NCBI GenBank assembly: GCA_964470065.1
Contig: CAYYAR010000006.1
Coordinates: 13,620-77,619, forward strand
Length of the DNA stretch: 64,000 bases
Source of the DNA: an uncultured Verrucomicrobiota bacterium
GTDB taxonomy: Bacteria; Verrucomicrobiota; Kiritimatiellia; CAIVKH01
Reading direction: 5' to 3'
The notes under the pieces are model-generated. The model made no database searches, was not told the origin of the DNA, and was given only the letters and a program-made list of their open reading frames with translations. The position numbers were made by a program, and so were the translations under genes. This document shows positions 32,454 through 40,071 of this stretch, piece after piece (the stretch's first letter is position 1; each line of letters begins with the position of its first letter).

Positions 32454-33344
32454 GTGTCGTTCCTTTACGCAGGTATGAGATCATATCGAATCAAAGTGGA
32501 TCATACGGATACTTGGTATCACTGCTACAATCGAGCTGTTGGAAGCTCGGCCGATCGTCCACTTGGCAGGGTGGAGAAAGAGCAGTTCGTGCGCATCTTG
32601 CACCGGGTCAGCTTGCTGTATGGCGTGCGGGTGGTGTCTTATCAAGTCATGAGCAATCATTTTCATCTTTTGGTGCATGCCCCGGTGGACATTCCGTCTG
32701 CTACTGAGATGTGCCGTCGCTACCGGCTCTTTCACCGGGGCCGTCGCCAAATGGAGGAAGATTCTCCGGAGTGTCTGCGGTGGCGCCACCGGAGTCGCGA
32801 CATCAGTTGGTTTATGCGGCATCTTCAGCACCTTTTTACAGTCTGGTATAATCGTACCCGTCCGGTTCGTCGCCGTGGTTCGCTGTGGGCGGATCGATTC
32901 AAGCATACGATTCTGGAAAGTGGCAAAGCCGTATGGTCTTGCTGGAAATATATCGAGAGCAACCCGGTGCGCGCGAAGATGGTTGCTTGCGCCGGGGATT
33001 ACCGGTTCAGTTCGTACGGGATTTGGCGGCAATCCGGCCTGCATCCATTTTCAATCAATGTGGAGAAGTGCATTCTTCCCGCGGTGGGGGCGCGATGTAT
33101 GGAAGAATTGCTCGAAATATTCACCAGCGAATTGGCGGAGGATACTGCGGAGCTCGATCAGCAAGGTTTTTCCGATAGTATTCGACGCCGAGTTCGATAT
33201 TGGACGGATGGACTCGTGATCGGTTCGGCGTTATTTATTCGCGGTGTCATGTCGCATCACCACCACCGGCCGGATGAGCATCGTTTAGCTGTTCCGGTGG
33301 CAGGTAATACGCTCCTGGCTTGGCGAAGACTTCGCCTCGCTTGA
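32454..33344 (+). CDS. IS200/IS605-like Y1 (HUH) transposase, REP-associated tyrosine transposase (RAYT)-like
   Basis: HUH motif (SNHFHLLVHAP) and a C-terminal Tyr region (YRFSSYG). At 296 aa it is longer than classical TnpA-IS200. Confidence 0.55.
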   Translation: MSFLYAGMRSYRIKVDHTDTWYHCYNRAVGSSADRPLGRVEKEQFVRILHRVSLLYGVRVVSYQVMSNHFHLLVHAPVDIPSATEMCRRYRLFHRGRRQMEEDSPECLRWRHRSRDISWFMRHLQHLFTVWYNRTRPVRRRGSLWADRFKHTILESGKAVWSCWKYIESNPVRAKMVACAGDYRFSSYGIWRQSGLHPFSINVEKCILPAVGARCMEELLEIFTSELAEDTAELDQQGFSDSIRRRVRYWTDGLVIGSALFIRGVMSHHHHRPDEHRLAVPVAGNTLLAWRRLRLA

Positions 33345-33497
33345 CTAGTTGCTCACGGTATTCAGCCAAGTCAAATTTCCCTGATTCATTCTTGTATCGG
33401 TGTGCTTTGACAATGCGCTTCGCGCATTTTCCCTTATCTGTGAGGGCGATGGCCATCGACGGATTCGGGCAAATTAATTATTCGAGCTGACATTTCA

Positions 33498-33520
33498 CTG
33501 TTTCCTGCTTTTTGCGAACA
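33498..33520. promoter_or_regulatory. Candidate SOS operator: imperfect palindrome TGTTTCC-N9-GCGAACA upstream of lexA
   Basis: Manual inspection only. The LexA-box consensus for this lineage is not known to me. Confidence 0.15.
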
Positions 33521-33543
33521 ACTTTATCCCCCGCATCCACTGC

Positions 33544-33575
33544 CTCTATGTCCCTCGGCGGGTTCTATGTCCCTC
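33544..33575. repeat. Two further inverted-orientation motif copies (CTCTATGTCCCTC 33544-33556; TTCTATGTCCCTC 33563-33575) immediately upstream of lexA
   Basis: Read directly from the sequence. Confidence 0.7.
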
Positions 33576-33615
33576 AATGAGTTTTGGATTGAAAGTGAAC
33601 GATCGTTCACATACG

Positions 33616-34215
33616 ATGACGGGCATGAAAAAGACAAACAAGTTTGCCGCAAATCTGCAGGCGCTTCGCCGGTTCCACCGCGCGGAAAGGCGGGTTCCGA
33701 CCTATGCGGAAATGATGGAGCTGCTCGGCTACCGATCAAAAAACGCCGTATTTCGCCTCGTACAGCGAATGGAAAAGGAGAGCTATCTGGTCCGTAACGC
33801 CGGCGGACGCATCGCCTTTACCCGCAAGCTGACCGGCACCATCAAAATTCTCGGTCTGGTACAGGCCGGATTTCCGTCGCCCGCCGAGGAGGAGCTCGTC
33901 GATGTGCTCAGCCTCGACGAATATCTCGTCCGCCGTCCCGAAGCGACCTTCATGCTCACCGTCAGTGGCGACTCCATGATCGAGGCCGGCATTCATCCCG
34001 GCGATCTGGTGCTGGTCGAACGCGGCCGCCATCCGAAGAACAACGACATCGTCGTGGCCCAAGTCGACGGTGAATGGACGATGAAATATTATCTCAAAGA
34101 TCGTCGCGGCCAGGTTCGCCTCGAACCAGCCAATCAAAAATACTGTCCGATTGTTCCCAAACAATCGCTGACCATCGGTGGCATCGTCCGTGCGGTGGTG
34201 CGGCGCTATGAATGA
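33616..34215 (+). CDS. lexA: LexA-type repressor (wHTH + S24 peptidase)
   Basis: N-terminal wHTH (TYAEMMELLGYRSKNAVFRLVQRMEKESYL), cleavage-site region, catalytic Ser (VSGDSM) and Lys (EWTMKYY). Confidence 0.75.
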   Translation: MTGMKKTNKFAANLQALRRFHRAERRVPTYAEMMELLGYRSKNAVFRLVQRMEKESYLVRNAGGRIAFTRKLTGTIKILGLVQAGFPSPAEEELVDVLSLDEYLVRRPEATFMLTVSGDSMIEAGIHPGDLVLVERGRHPKNNDIVVAQVDGEWTMKYYLKDRRGQVRLEPANQKYCPIVPKQSLTIGGIVRAVVRRYE

Positions 34216-34243
34216 CTGAACAATGCCTCCCGAAATCCCAGCC

Positions 34244-35566
34244 ATGCGTACCGGGCACCCCGATGACCGGGCGTTCACCCTTGCTTCCTTTCCGCGGGCG
34301 ATCATTCATCTTGATGGCGACGCATTCTTCGCCGCCGTCGAGCAGTCCGTGCATCCGCACTGGAAAGGCCGTCCGCTGGTCACCGGCAAGGAGCGGGGTA
34401 TCATCGCCTGTGCCAGTTACGAGGCGAAAGCATTGGGCATCAAACGCGGAGTACGCCTCCACGAAGCGGAGCGGATGTGCCGCGATTTGATCGTGCTGCC
34501 GAGCGATTACGAAACCTACAGCCTCTTTTCCAAGCGCATGTTCGAAATCATGCGCCGCTTTACCCCGGTAGTCGAAGAGAGCTCGATCGATGAAGGCTTT
34601 GCCGATCTGACCGGACTGCGAAGGGTATTCCGGACCTCGTATGTCGAAATCGCCCGGCGCATGAAACAGACCATCCAGCGCGAACTCGATATCACCGTCT
34701 CCATCGGGCTCAGCCTCTCCAAGGGACTCGCCAAACTGGCCTCCAAACATCACAAGCCGAATGGCCTGACCGCCATCGCCGGACACAAAATCCACATATT
34801 CCTCCCGCGCATTCCCGTCGAGGAGGTCTGGGGCATCGGCCCCAATATCAGCGCATTTTTGCGCAAGCAGGGCCTGGCCACCGCCGGCGATTTCGTCCGC
34901 ATGCCGGAATACTGGGTAAAGAAAAAGCTCGGCAAAACCGGTCACGAAATCTGGAATGAACTCCGCGGCGATGCGGTCTATCCCATCTCGACGGAACCAA
35001 AAACCGATTACGCCAGTATCGGCAAATGCAAAACGTTTACTTCGCCCTCGGCCGACCCGGATTTCGTCTACGCGAAAATGGTGCGCAATGTGGAGTCCGC
35101 TTTTATCAAGGCCCGGCGCTATCAACTACGCGCACGATACATCTATGCCGCCTTGCGCAAAAAAGATTATCGCCAGTGCGGCGTGGAAGCGCAGCTGAGT
35201 CGCGCCACCGCCTCCGCGCAGGAAGTGCTCCCGCTCATTCGCCGCATGTTTGAGCGTCTCTACGAGCCCGGCGCCGAATACCGCGCCACGATGATCGCGC
35301 TCTCCCGCCTCGAGGAGGATCGCGTGGATCAATTTGATTTATTTGATGATCCTCTCCGCATCGACCAACTCCGTGATGCCGCCCTCGCCATGGATGAAGC
35401 GGCCGAACGTTACGGCAAGCATACCGTCAGTCACGGAACGTCCCTGTATCTTGATCGTCACCGCATCACCGCCCGCGACGAAAAACCCTTGCGCCGCGGG
35501 CTCGTTCTCAAGGGCGAAACCGATCGCCAACGCCTGCATCTTCCCGTGCTGAATGTGAACGTGTGA
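34244..35566 (+). CDS. Y-family DNA polymerase (UmuC/DinB-like)
   Basis: IIHLDGDAFFAAVEQ and SIDEGFADLTG catalytic motifs, plus a little-finger domain. It lies directly downstream of lexA as a mutagenesis cassette. Confidence 0.8.
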   Translation: MRTGHPDDRAFTLASFPRAIIHLDGDAFFAAVEQSVHPHWKGRPLVTGKERGIIACASYEAKALGIKRGVRLHEAERMCRDLIVLPSDYETYSLFSKRMFEIMRRFTPVVEESSIDEGFADLTGLRRVFRTSYVEIARRMKQTIQRELDITVSIGLSLSKGLAKLASKHHKPNGLTAIAGHKIHIFLPRIPVEEVWGIGPNISAFLRKQGLATAGDFVRMPEYWVKKKLGKTGHEIWNELRGDAVYPISTEPKTDYASIGKCKTFTSPSADPDFVYAKMVRNVESAFIKARRYQLRARYIYAALRKKDYRQCGVEAQLSRATASAQEVLPLIRRMFERLYEPGAEYRATMIALSRLEEDRVDQFDLFDDPLRIDQLRDAALAMDEAAERYGKHTVSHGTSLYLDRHRITARDEKPLRRGLVLKGETDRQRLHLPVLNVNV

Positions 35567-35713
35567 TCGACCGGTCACCGTTCATCTGATCGCGCGCACG
35601 GGCTCGCGCCATCTCGCCGCGCCACATAACCATCGCTGCTGGTCAGTATTATCGCAGCGCGATCTGCGCCCGCCCCCGATGGGGCATAAAAATACTCCTG
35701 ATAGATTAGCACC

Positions 35714-36319
35714 ATGAATTACATCCGGAGATCACGCGCACTCGTTCCTGTTTGCATGTCGCTTGCCTTGCTCGCCGCCGGTTGCCGTTCGCCGCGACCA
35801 ACGCCGGTCAGCGCCAGCGATTCCGTGCCATCGCCGGTCATGACCTTTCAGTGCGGCGATGAGCTGGAAGTGAGCTTTTTCGGGGCGCCGGAATTGAACA
35901 TGACCCAGACCGTGCGTCGCGATGGCCAGATCTCCCTCCGGTTGATCGGCGATGTGATGGTCGCCGGGCAGTCGCCGTCGATGCTTCAGGAAGTATTGCG
36001 CGAGCGATATGGAAGCCAACTGCAGATCAAGGACATCACCGTGATTCTGCGAAAGCCGGCGCCCGTCATGGTCAGTGGCGCGGTGCGAAAAAGCGGGCCG
36101 GTGCTTTTATCGCGACCTATGACGGTGCTCGATGCGGTGATGGAAGCCGGTGGTTTCGATACCGCCATGGCCAAAGAGCGATCCGTAATTCTCATCCGCC
36201 AATCCAGCGGCATGCGCAAAAGCTATGTGTTCGACTTCGAAAACGCCCTTGCCGGTGTCGGTGAGGACCGGACGTTTTATCTGGAGCCCTTCGATATCAT
36301 CTATGTTCCTTCGCGCTGA
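35714..36319 (+). CDS. Polysaccharide export outer-membrane lipoprotein (Wza/EpsE-like, short PEP-CTERM-locus type)
   Basis: Lipoprotein signal (LALLAAGC), GDELEVSFFGAPELN...VRRDGQISLRLIG, and an SLBB-like C-terminus (MTVLDAVMEAGGF). Confidence 0.7.
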   Translation: MNYIRRSRALVPVCMSLALLAAGCRSPRPTPVSASDSVPSPVMTFQCGDELEVSFFGAPELNMTQTVRRDGQISLRLIGDVMVAGQSPSMLQEVLRERYGSQLQIKDITVILRKPAPVMVSGAVRKSGPVLLSRPMTVLDAVMEAGGFDTAMAKERSVILIRQSSGMRKSYVFDFENALAGVGEDRTFYLEPFDIIYVPSR

Positions 36320-36321
36320 AA

Positions 36322-37479
36322 ATGCAGGCACTCATGAATAACATATTCAGTGTATTTCTATTTAATAATAAGCACATCTTCAATGCCACCGGTCGTCTGC
36401 TGCCGGAGAGCATCTTTTGGATGTTGCTCCAGCGGGAACGGTTTCTCTCCGATCGCGGTGATCGCCTTTTTGCTGTGGTTGTATTCAACCTCGGTGAGGC
36501 GCATGAAAGCGCGCCGCCGCGCAGCCGGCTGATCGATGCTATTCTGTCCCGTCTGCGTTGCAGCGATGCGGCAGGATGGGTCGACCGGCATCGCATCGGC
36601 GCCTTGCTGTCCCGGGCCTCAGCGGCTGATGCCCAGCGGATTGCCAATGAAATTTGTGACCAACTGGCGCTGCCGGAGCGTCCCCCGTACGAGATCTATC
36701 CCTATCCGGCTGATCGACTTATTTACGAGCATGCTTCGGCATCGCTCGATTCATTTACACGCGCGGCATCGGCTCCCCCCGCAGCCTCCTCGACCCTCGT
36801 GACCGGTGCCGCGCGTGTCCTATCTTTCTTCGTACCTCGCATGCCGCGGTGGAAAAGGGTGTTTGATGTTGTCGTCGCCACCGCGTTGTTGATCGCCATC
36901 TCGCCTCTGCTCGCCCTGCTAAGCCTCTATATCAAGCTGGCATCGCCCGGTCCGGTGCTCTTCCGCCAAAAGCGCATTGGCCGGGCGTGTCAGCCCTTCA
37001 CCTGTTTCAAATTCCGCACCATGCATGTGCATGCCGAATCGCGCACCCACGAGAATCATATGCGGATGTTGATGGCGAGTGGGGCGCCCATGACCAAGCT
37101 CGACGAGACCCGCGACCGGCGTCTCATCCCGCTCGGCCGGCTGATTCGCGCCGCCGGCCTGGATGAACTTCCGCAATTATTGAATGTGCTGCGGGGCGAT
37201 ATGAGTCTGGTCGGACCGCGTCCCTGTATTGAGTATGAGTACCAGTCCTTTTCGGATTGGCAGTTGCGTCGCTTTGATACCCGGCCCGGCCTCACGGGCT
37301 TATGGCAGGTGAGGGGCAAAAATCGCACCAGCTTTGAGACCATGATGCGACTTGATGCCCGCTATGCGTGCCGCCTGTCGATGATACGGGATGCCTCCAT
37401 CATGCTTCGCACCATTCCCATGCTCTGGCAACAAATCATGGAGGTTAAGCCCTTCCGGCTTCATCGCGAGGCGGCATGA
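36322..37479 (+). CDS. Priming glycosyltransferase (polyprenyl-phosphate sugar phosphotransferase, bacterial sugar transferase family)
   Basis: C-terminal domain KRVFDVVVA...PGPVLFRQKRIGR...FKFRTM...DELPQLLNVLRGDMSLVGPRP. The N-terminal ~170 aa are atypical and soluble. Confidence 0.8.
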   Translation: MQALMNNIFSVFLFNNKHIFNATGRLLPESIFWMLLQRERFLSDRGDRLFAVVVFNLGEAHESAPPRSRLIDAILSRLRCSDAAGWVDRHRIGALLSRASAADAQRIANEICDQLALPERPPYEIYPYPADRLIYEHASASLDSFTRAASAPPAASSTLVTGAARVLSFFVPRMPRWKRVFDVVVATALLIAISPLLALLSLYIKLASPGPVLFRQKRIGRACQPFTCFKFRTMHVHAESRTHENHMRMLMASGAPMTKLDETRDRRLIPLGRLIRAAGLDELPQLLNVLRGDMSLVGPRPCIEYEYQSFSDWQLRRFDTRPGLTGLWQVRGKNRTSFETMMRLDARYACRLSMIRDASIMLRTIPMLWQQIMEVKPFRLHREAA

Positions 37480-38528
37480 CAAAGAAACTCCAACTGGCCG
37501 TGGTTGGCTACGGATACTGGGGGCCCAATCTGGTTAGAAATTTCCGGTTATCGCACCATTGTGCGATGAAGCTGGTGTGCGATGCGGACGAACGCCGGCT
37601 GTCCTGCGCAAAAGAATTATTTCCGGAAATAGAGCTATGTCGCGACTTTCAGCGTGTTCTGCGTGACAAAACGATCGATGCCGTGGCTGTGGCCACACCT
37701 GTCAAACTGCATTACGAGCAGGCGCGCGATCTACTCGAGGCCGGCAAGCACGTGTTGCTGGAAAAGCCCATGGCCGCGACCGTTTCGGATTGCGAGGATC
37801 TTTGCCGCCGGGCCGAGCGGAAAGGTCTGACCCTGATGGTGGACCATACCTTTCTCCATTCATCGCCGGTGCGCAAGATCAAGGAAATCGTTGATTGCGG
37901 TGATCTCGGCGAGCTTCGCTACATCGCGGCGCGCCGGCTGAATCTTGGTTTGTTTCAAACGGACATCAATGTGGCGTGGGATCTCGCACCGCACGATCTG
38001 TCGATCATTCTCTACATCATGGGCAAGTTGCCCGTGGCATTGAATTGCCAGGGCGCCAATCATATTGCCGACCGGATCGAGCATGTAACCACCATGTCGC
38101 TCTATTTTCCGCATGGCGAGTTCGCCACGGTGCATAGTAGTTGGCTTGATCCGAAAAAGGTGCGCGAAATGACCGTCGTGGGCAGTCGTCGCATGATCGT
38201 TTATGACGATCTCGAGCCCATCAAGAAAATCACCATTTACGACGCGCGGGTCGAGCGGCCGCCGCATTACAACTCTTTTGAGGAATTTCATTACTCGTAC
38301 CACTACGGCGACATGTACACGCCGTACCTCAAGCAGGATGAGCCCCTGAAGGCTGTCTGCCAGCATTTCGTTGATTGTATTCTATCCGGAAACGCGCCGA
38401 TCACCGGTGGCCGACAGGGTGCTGAGCTTGTAAAAATTCTTGAAGCAAGTCGTCAGTCGCTTGCCAGCGATGGCGCCCGGGTGCATCTGGAGCCGGTACC
38501 GGTCCGAAACGGGAGGAAGTCCGGATGA
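37476..38528 (+). CDS. Gfo/Idh/MocA-family NAD-dependent sugar oxidoreductase (WbpB-like)
   Basis: N-terminal Rossmann motif LAVVGYGYWGPNLVRNF and a C-terminal GFO_IDH_MocA_C-like region. Confidence 0.75.
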   Translation: MTKKLQLAVVGYGYWGPNLVRNFRLSHHCAMKLVCDADERRLSCAKELFPEIELCRDFQRVLRDKTIDAVAVATPVKLHYEQARDLLEAGKHVLLEKPMAATVSDCEDLCRRAERKGLTLMVDHTFLHSSPVRKIKEIVDCGDLGELRYIAARRLNLGLFQTDINVAWDLAPHDLSIILYIMGKLPVALNCQGANHIADRIEHVTTMSLYFPHGEFATVHSSWLDPKKVREMTVVGSRRMIVYDDLEPIKKITIYDARVERPPHYNSFEEFHYSYHYGDMYTPYLKQDEPLKAVCQHFVDCILSGNAPITGGRQGAELVKILEASRQSLASDGARVHLEPVPVRNGRKSG

Positions 38529-39016
38529 GTCAGGATCTTCAGGTCATCGCGCCGGATGTGCACCTCGGTCAGGAAGTCCGCATCGGCCACTTTGTGAATC
38601 TCTACGGATGTACGATCGGCGACTTTACCCGGATTGGTCCATTTGTGGAAATTCAGCGGGGCGTCGTGGTGGGGCGGCGATGCAAGATCTCAAGCCATAG
38701 CTTTATCTGCACCGGCGTGGTGATTGAAGACGAAGTCTTCATCGGGCATCACGTAGTGTTCGTGAATGACCGCCGCCCGCGCGCTACCCGCCTTGATGGC
38801 GCCATGAAGACCGATGACGACTGGGTATGTGAACCGACACGCGTCGAGCAGCGCGCATCCATTGGATCCGGCGCAGTCATTCTGTGCGGCGTCACCATCG
38901 GCGCAGATGCACTGGTGGGCGCGGGCAGTGTGGTTACCCGCGATGTGCCACCGGGAACGGTATACACCGGAAATCCCGCTCGTCTATTCCGGCGGGTTAC
39001 TGCCGAGGAGGTATGA
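38525..39016 (+). CDS. Hexapeptide-repeat (left-handed beta-helix) sugar N-acetyltransferase (WbpD/PglD-like)
   Basis: Repeated [LIV]G-x4 hexapeptides (VRIGHFVNLYGCTIGDFTRIGPFVEI...). Confidence 0.7.
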   Translation: MSQDLQVIAPDVHLGQEVRIGHFVNLYGCTIGDFTRIGPFVEIQRGVVVGRRCKISSHSFICTGVVIEDEVFIGHHVVFVNDRRPRATRLDGAMKTDDDWVCEPTRVEQRASIGSGAVILCGVTIGADALVGAGSVVTRDVPPGTVYTGNPARLFRRVTAEEV

Positions 39017-39019
39017 ATC

Positions 39020-40060
39020 ATGTCCGGTGATGTGCAGGTGGTCCATCCGGGTGAAGTGCAAGACTGGGACGAACGCATATCGTCCTGGTACGACGCATGT
39101 GTTTTTCACTCGCGCGGCTGGGCCCAAGCGCTCGAGGAGGGCATGGGGTGCCGCCCCGTGTATCTCGCTCTGCGCAATGGCTCCGGAATGCGCGCCATGT
39201 TGCCCATGATGGAATCAACGACATGGTATCGTGGAGCACGCGCGATTTCATTGCCATTCTCTGACTATTGCCCGGCACTGACCACTGAACCACATGAGCT
39301 TGATCGCCTGGTGAATGCGGCGCTGGCCATGGCTCCGGAAAAACATTGGCGTCAGGTCGAATTCCGATGCGCCTTGAACCACCCTGCTGTTGCCGGCGCA
39401 ACCACGGAATACATCGGTCATTCGCTTGACTTGCAGGTTTCCGAAGATCAGCAATGGCGCATGCTTCGTCCGGACGTGCGGCGGGCCATTCGAAAATCGC
39501 AAGCCGCATCCTTGAGCGCGAGCCACGATACGGATGAGCAGGCGTTGCGAGCATTCTACTGGTTACAGACCCTGACGCGCCAGCGCCATGGATTGCCCCC
39601 GCAGCCGCGCCATTTCTTCCACGCGCTGAAGACGTATTTGTTGGATCGCGGGATGGGAACCATCGTGCTGGTGCGCCGGTTAAAGAAGCCAGTAGCCGCC
39701 GCGCTGTTTCTCCGCTTTGGTGTGCATGGCGTCTTTAAATATGGCGCGTCGGATGCTACAGCGCTGGCTGATCGACCGAATGATCTGGCCATGTGGGCGG
39801 GGATACGGTGGTGCCGCGCCCATGGCGTACGGTATCTGTCGCTCGGCAAAACATCTGCCGATCATGCCGGTCTGCGCCGGTTCAAGCGTGGATGGGGAGC
39901 GCGCGAGCTGTCGATTCCATACTACCGTTACAATGTTGCCCGGTCGCGATTTGTGCCGGTGCGCGATTACGTCTCGGGGTGGCACAATCATATATTTCGC
40001 CGATTACCCGTCCCGGTCTTGCAGTGGGCCGGCCAAGTCTTATACCGCCAAATGGCCTAG
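39020..40060 (+). CDS. FemAB-family / GNAT (Acetyltransf_6) protein, PEP-CTERM-locus type, paralog 1
   Basis: 346 aa with FemAB-like architecture. All four paralogs share the Acetyltransf_6-type C-terminal half. Confidence 0.65.
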   Translation: MSGDVQVVHPGEVQDWDERISSWYDACVFHSRGWAQALEEGMGCRPVYLALRNGSGMRAMLPMMESTTWYRGARAISLPFSDYCPALTTEPHELDRLVNAALAMAPEKHWRQVEFRCALNHPAVAGATTEYIGHSLDLQVSEDQQWRMLRPDVRRAIRKSQAASLSASHDTDEQALRAFYWLQTLTRQRHGLPPQPRHFFHALKTYLLDRGMGTIVLVRRLKKPVAAALFLRFGVHGVFKYGASDATALADRPNDLAMWAGIRWCRAHGVRYLSLGKTSADHAGLRRFKRGWGARELSIPYYRYNVARSRFVPVRDYVSGWHNHIFRRLPVPVLQWAGQVLYRQMA

Positions 40061-40071
40061 GAGACGCCACC

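Noticed and set aside
33247-33456. 69-aa minus-strand ORF overlapping the 3' end of the RAYT-like gene
   Set aside because: It could be genuine, since it is basic and not low-complexity. It overlaps the transposase C-terminus by ~100 nt and has no recognisable motif. Left unresolved rather than called.
31175-33575. Possible CRISPR array, because a short motif is repeated many times
   Set aside because: Repeats are 11-18 bp, occur in both orientations and have irregular spacing (26-73 bp and kb-scale gaps). No cas genes. This is consistent with IS/MITE ends or REP-like elements, not CRISPR.
35638-35656. Sigma-54 promoter-like sequence CTGGTCAGTATTATCGCAG upstream of the first EPS gene
   Set aside because: The GG to GC spacing is one nucleotide too long versus the strict TGGCAC-N5-TTGC geometry, and the -24 element is TGGTCA. 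Not claimed.
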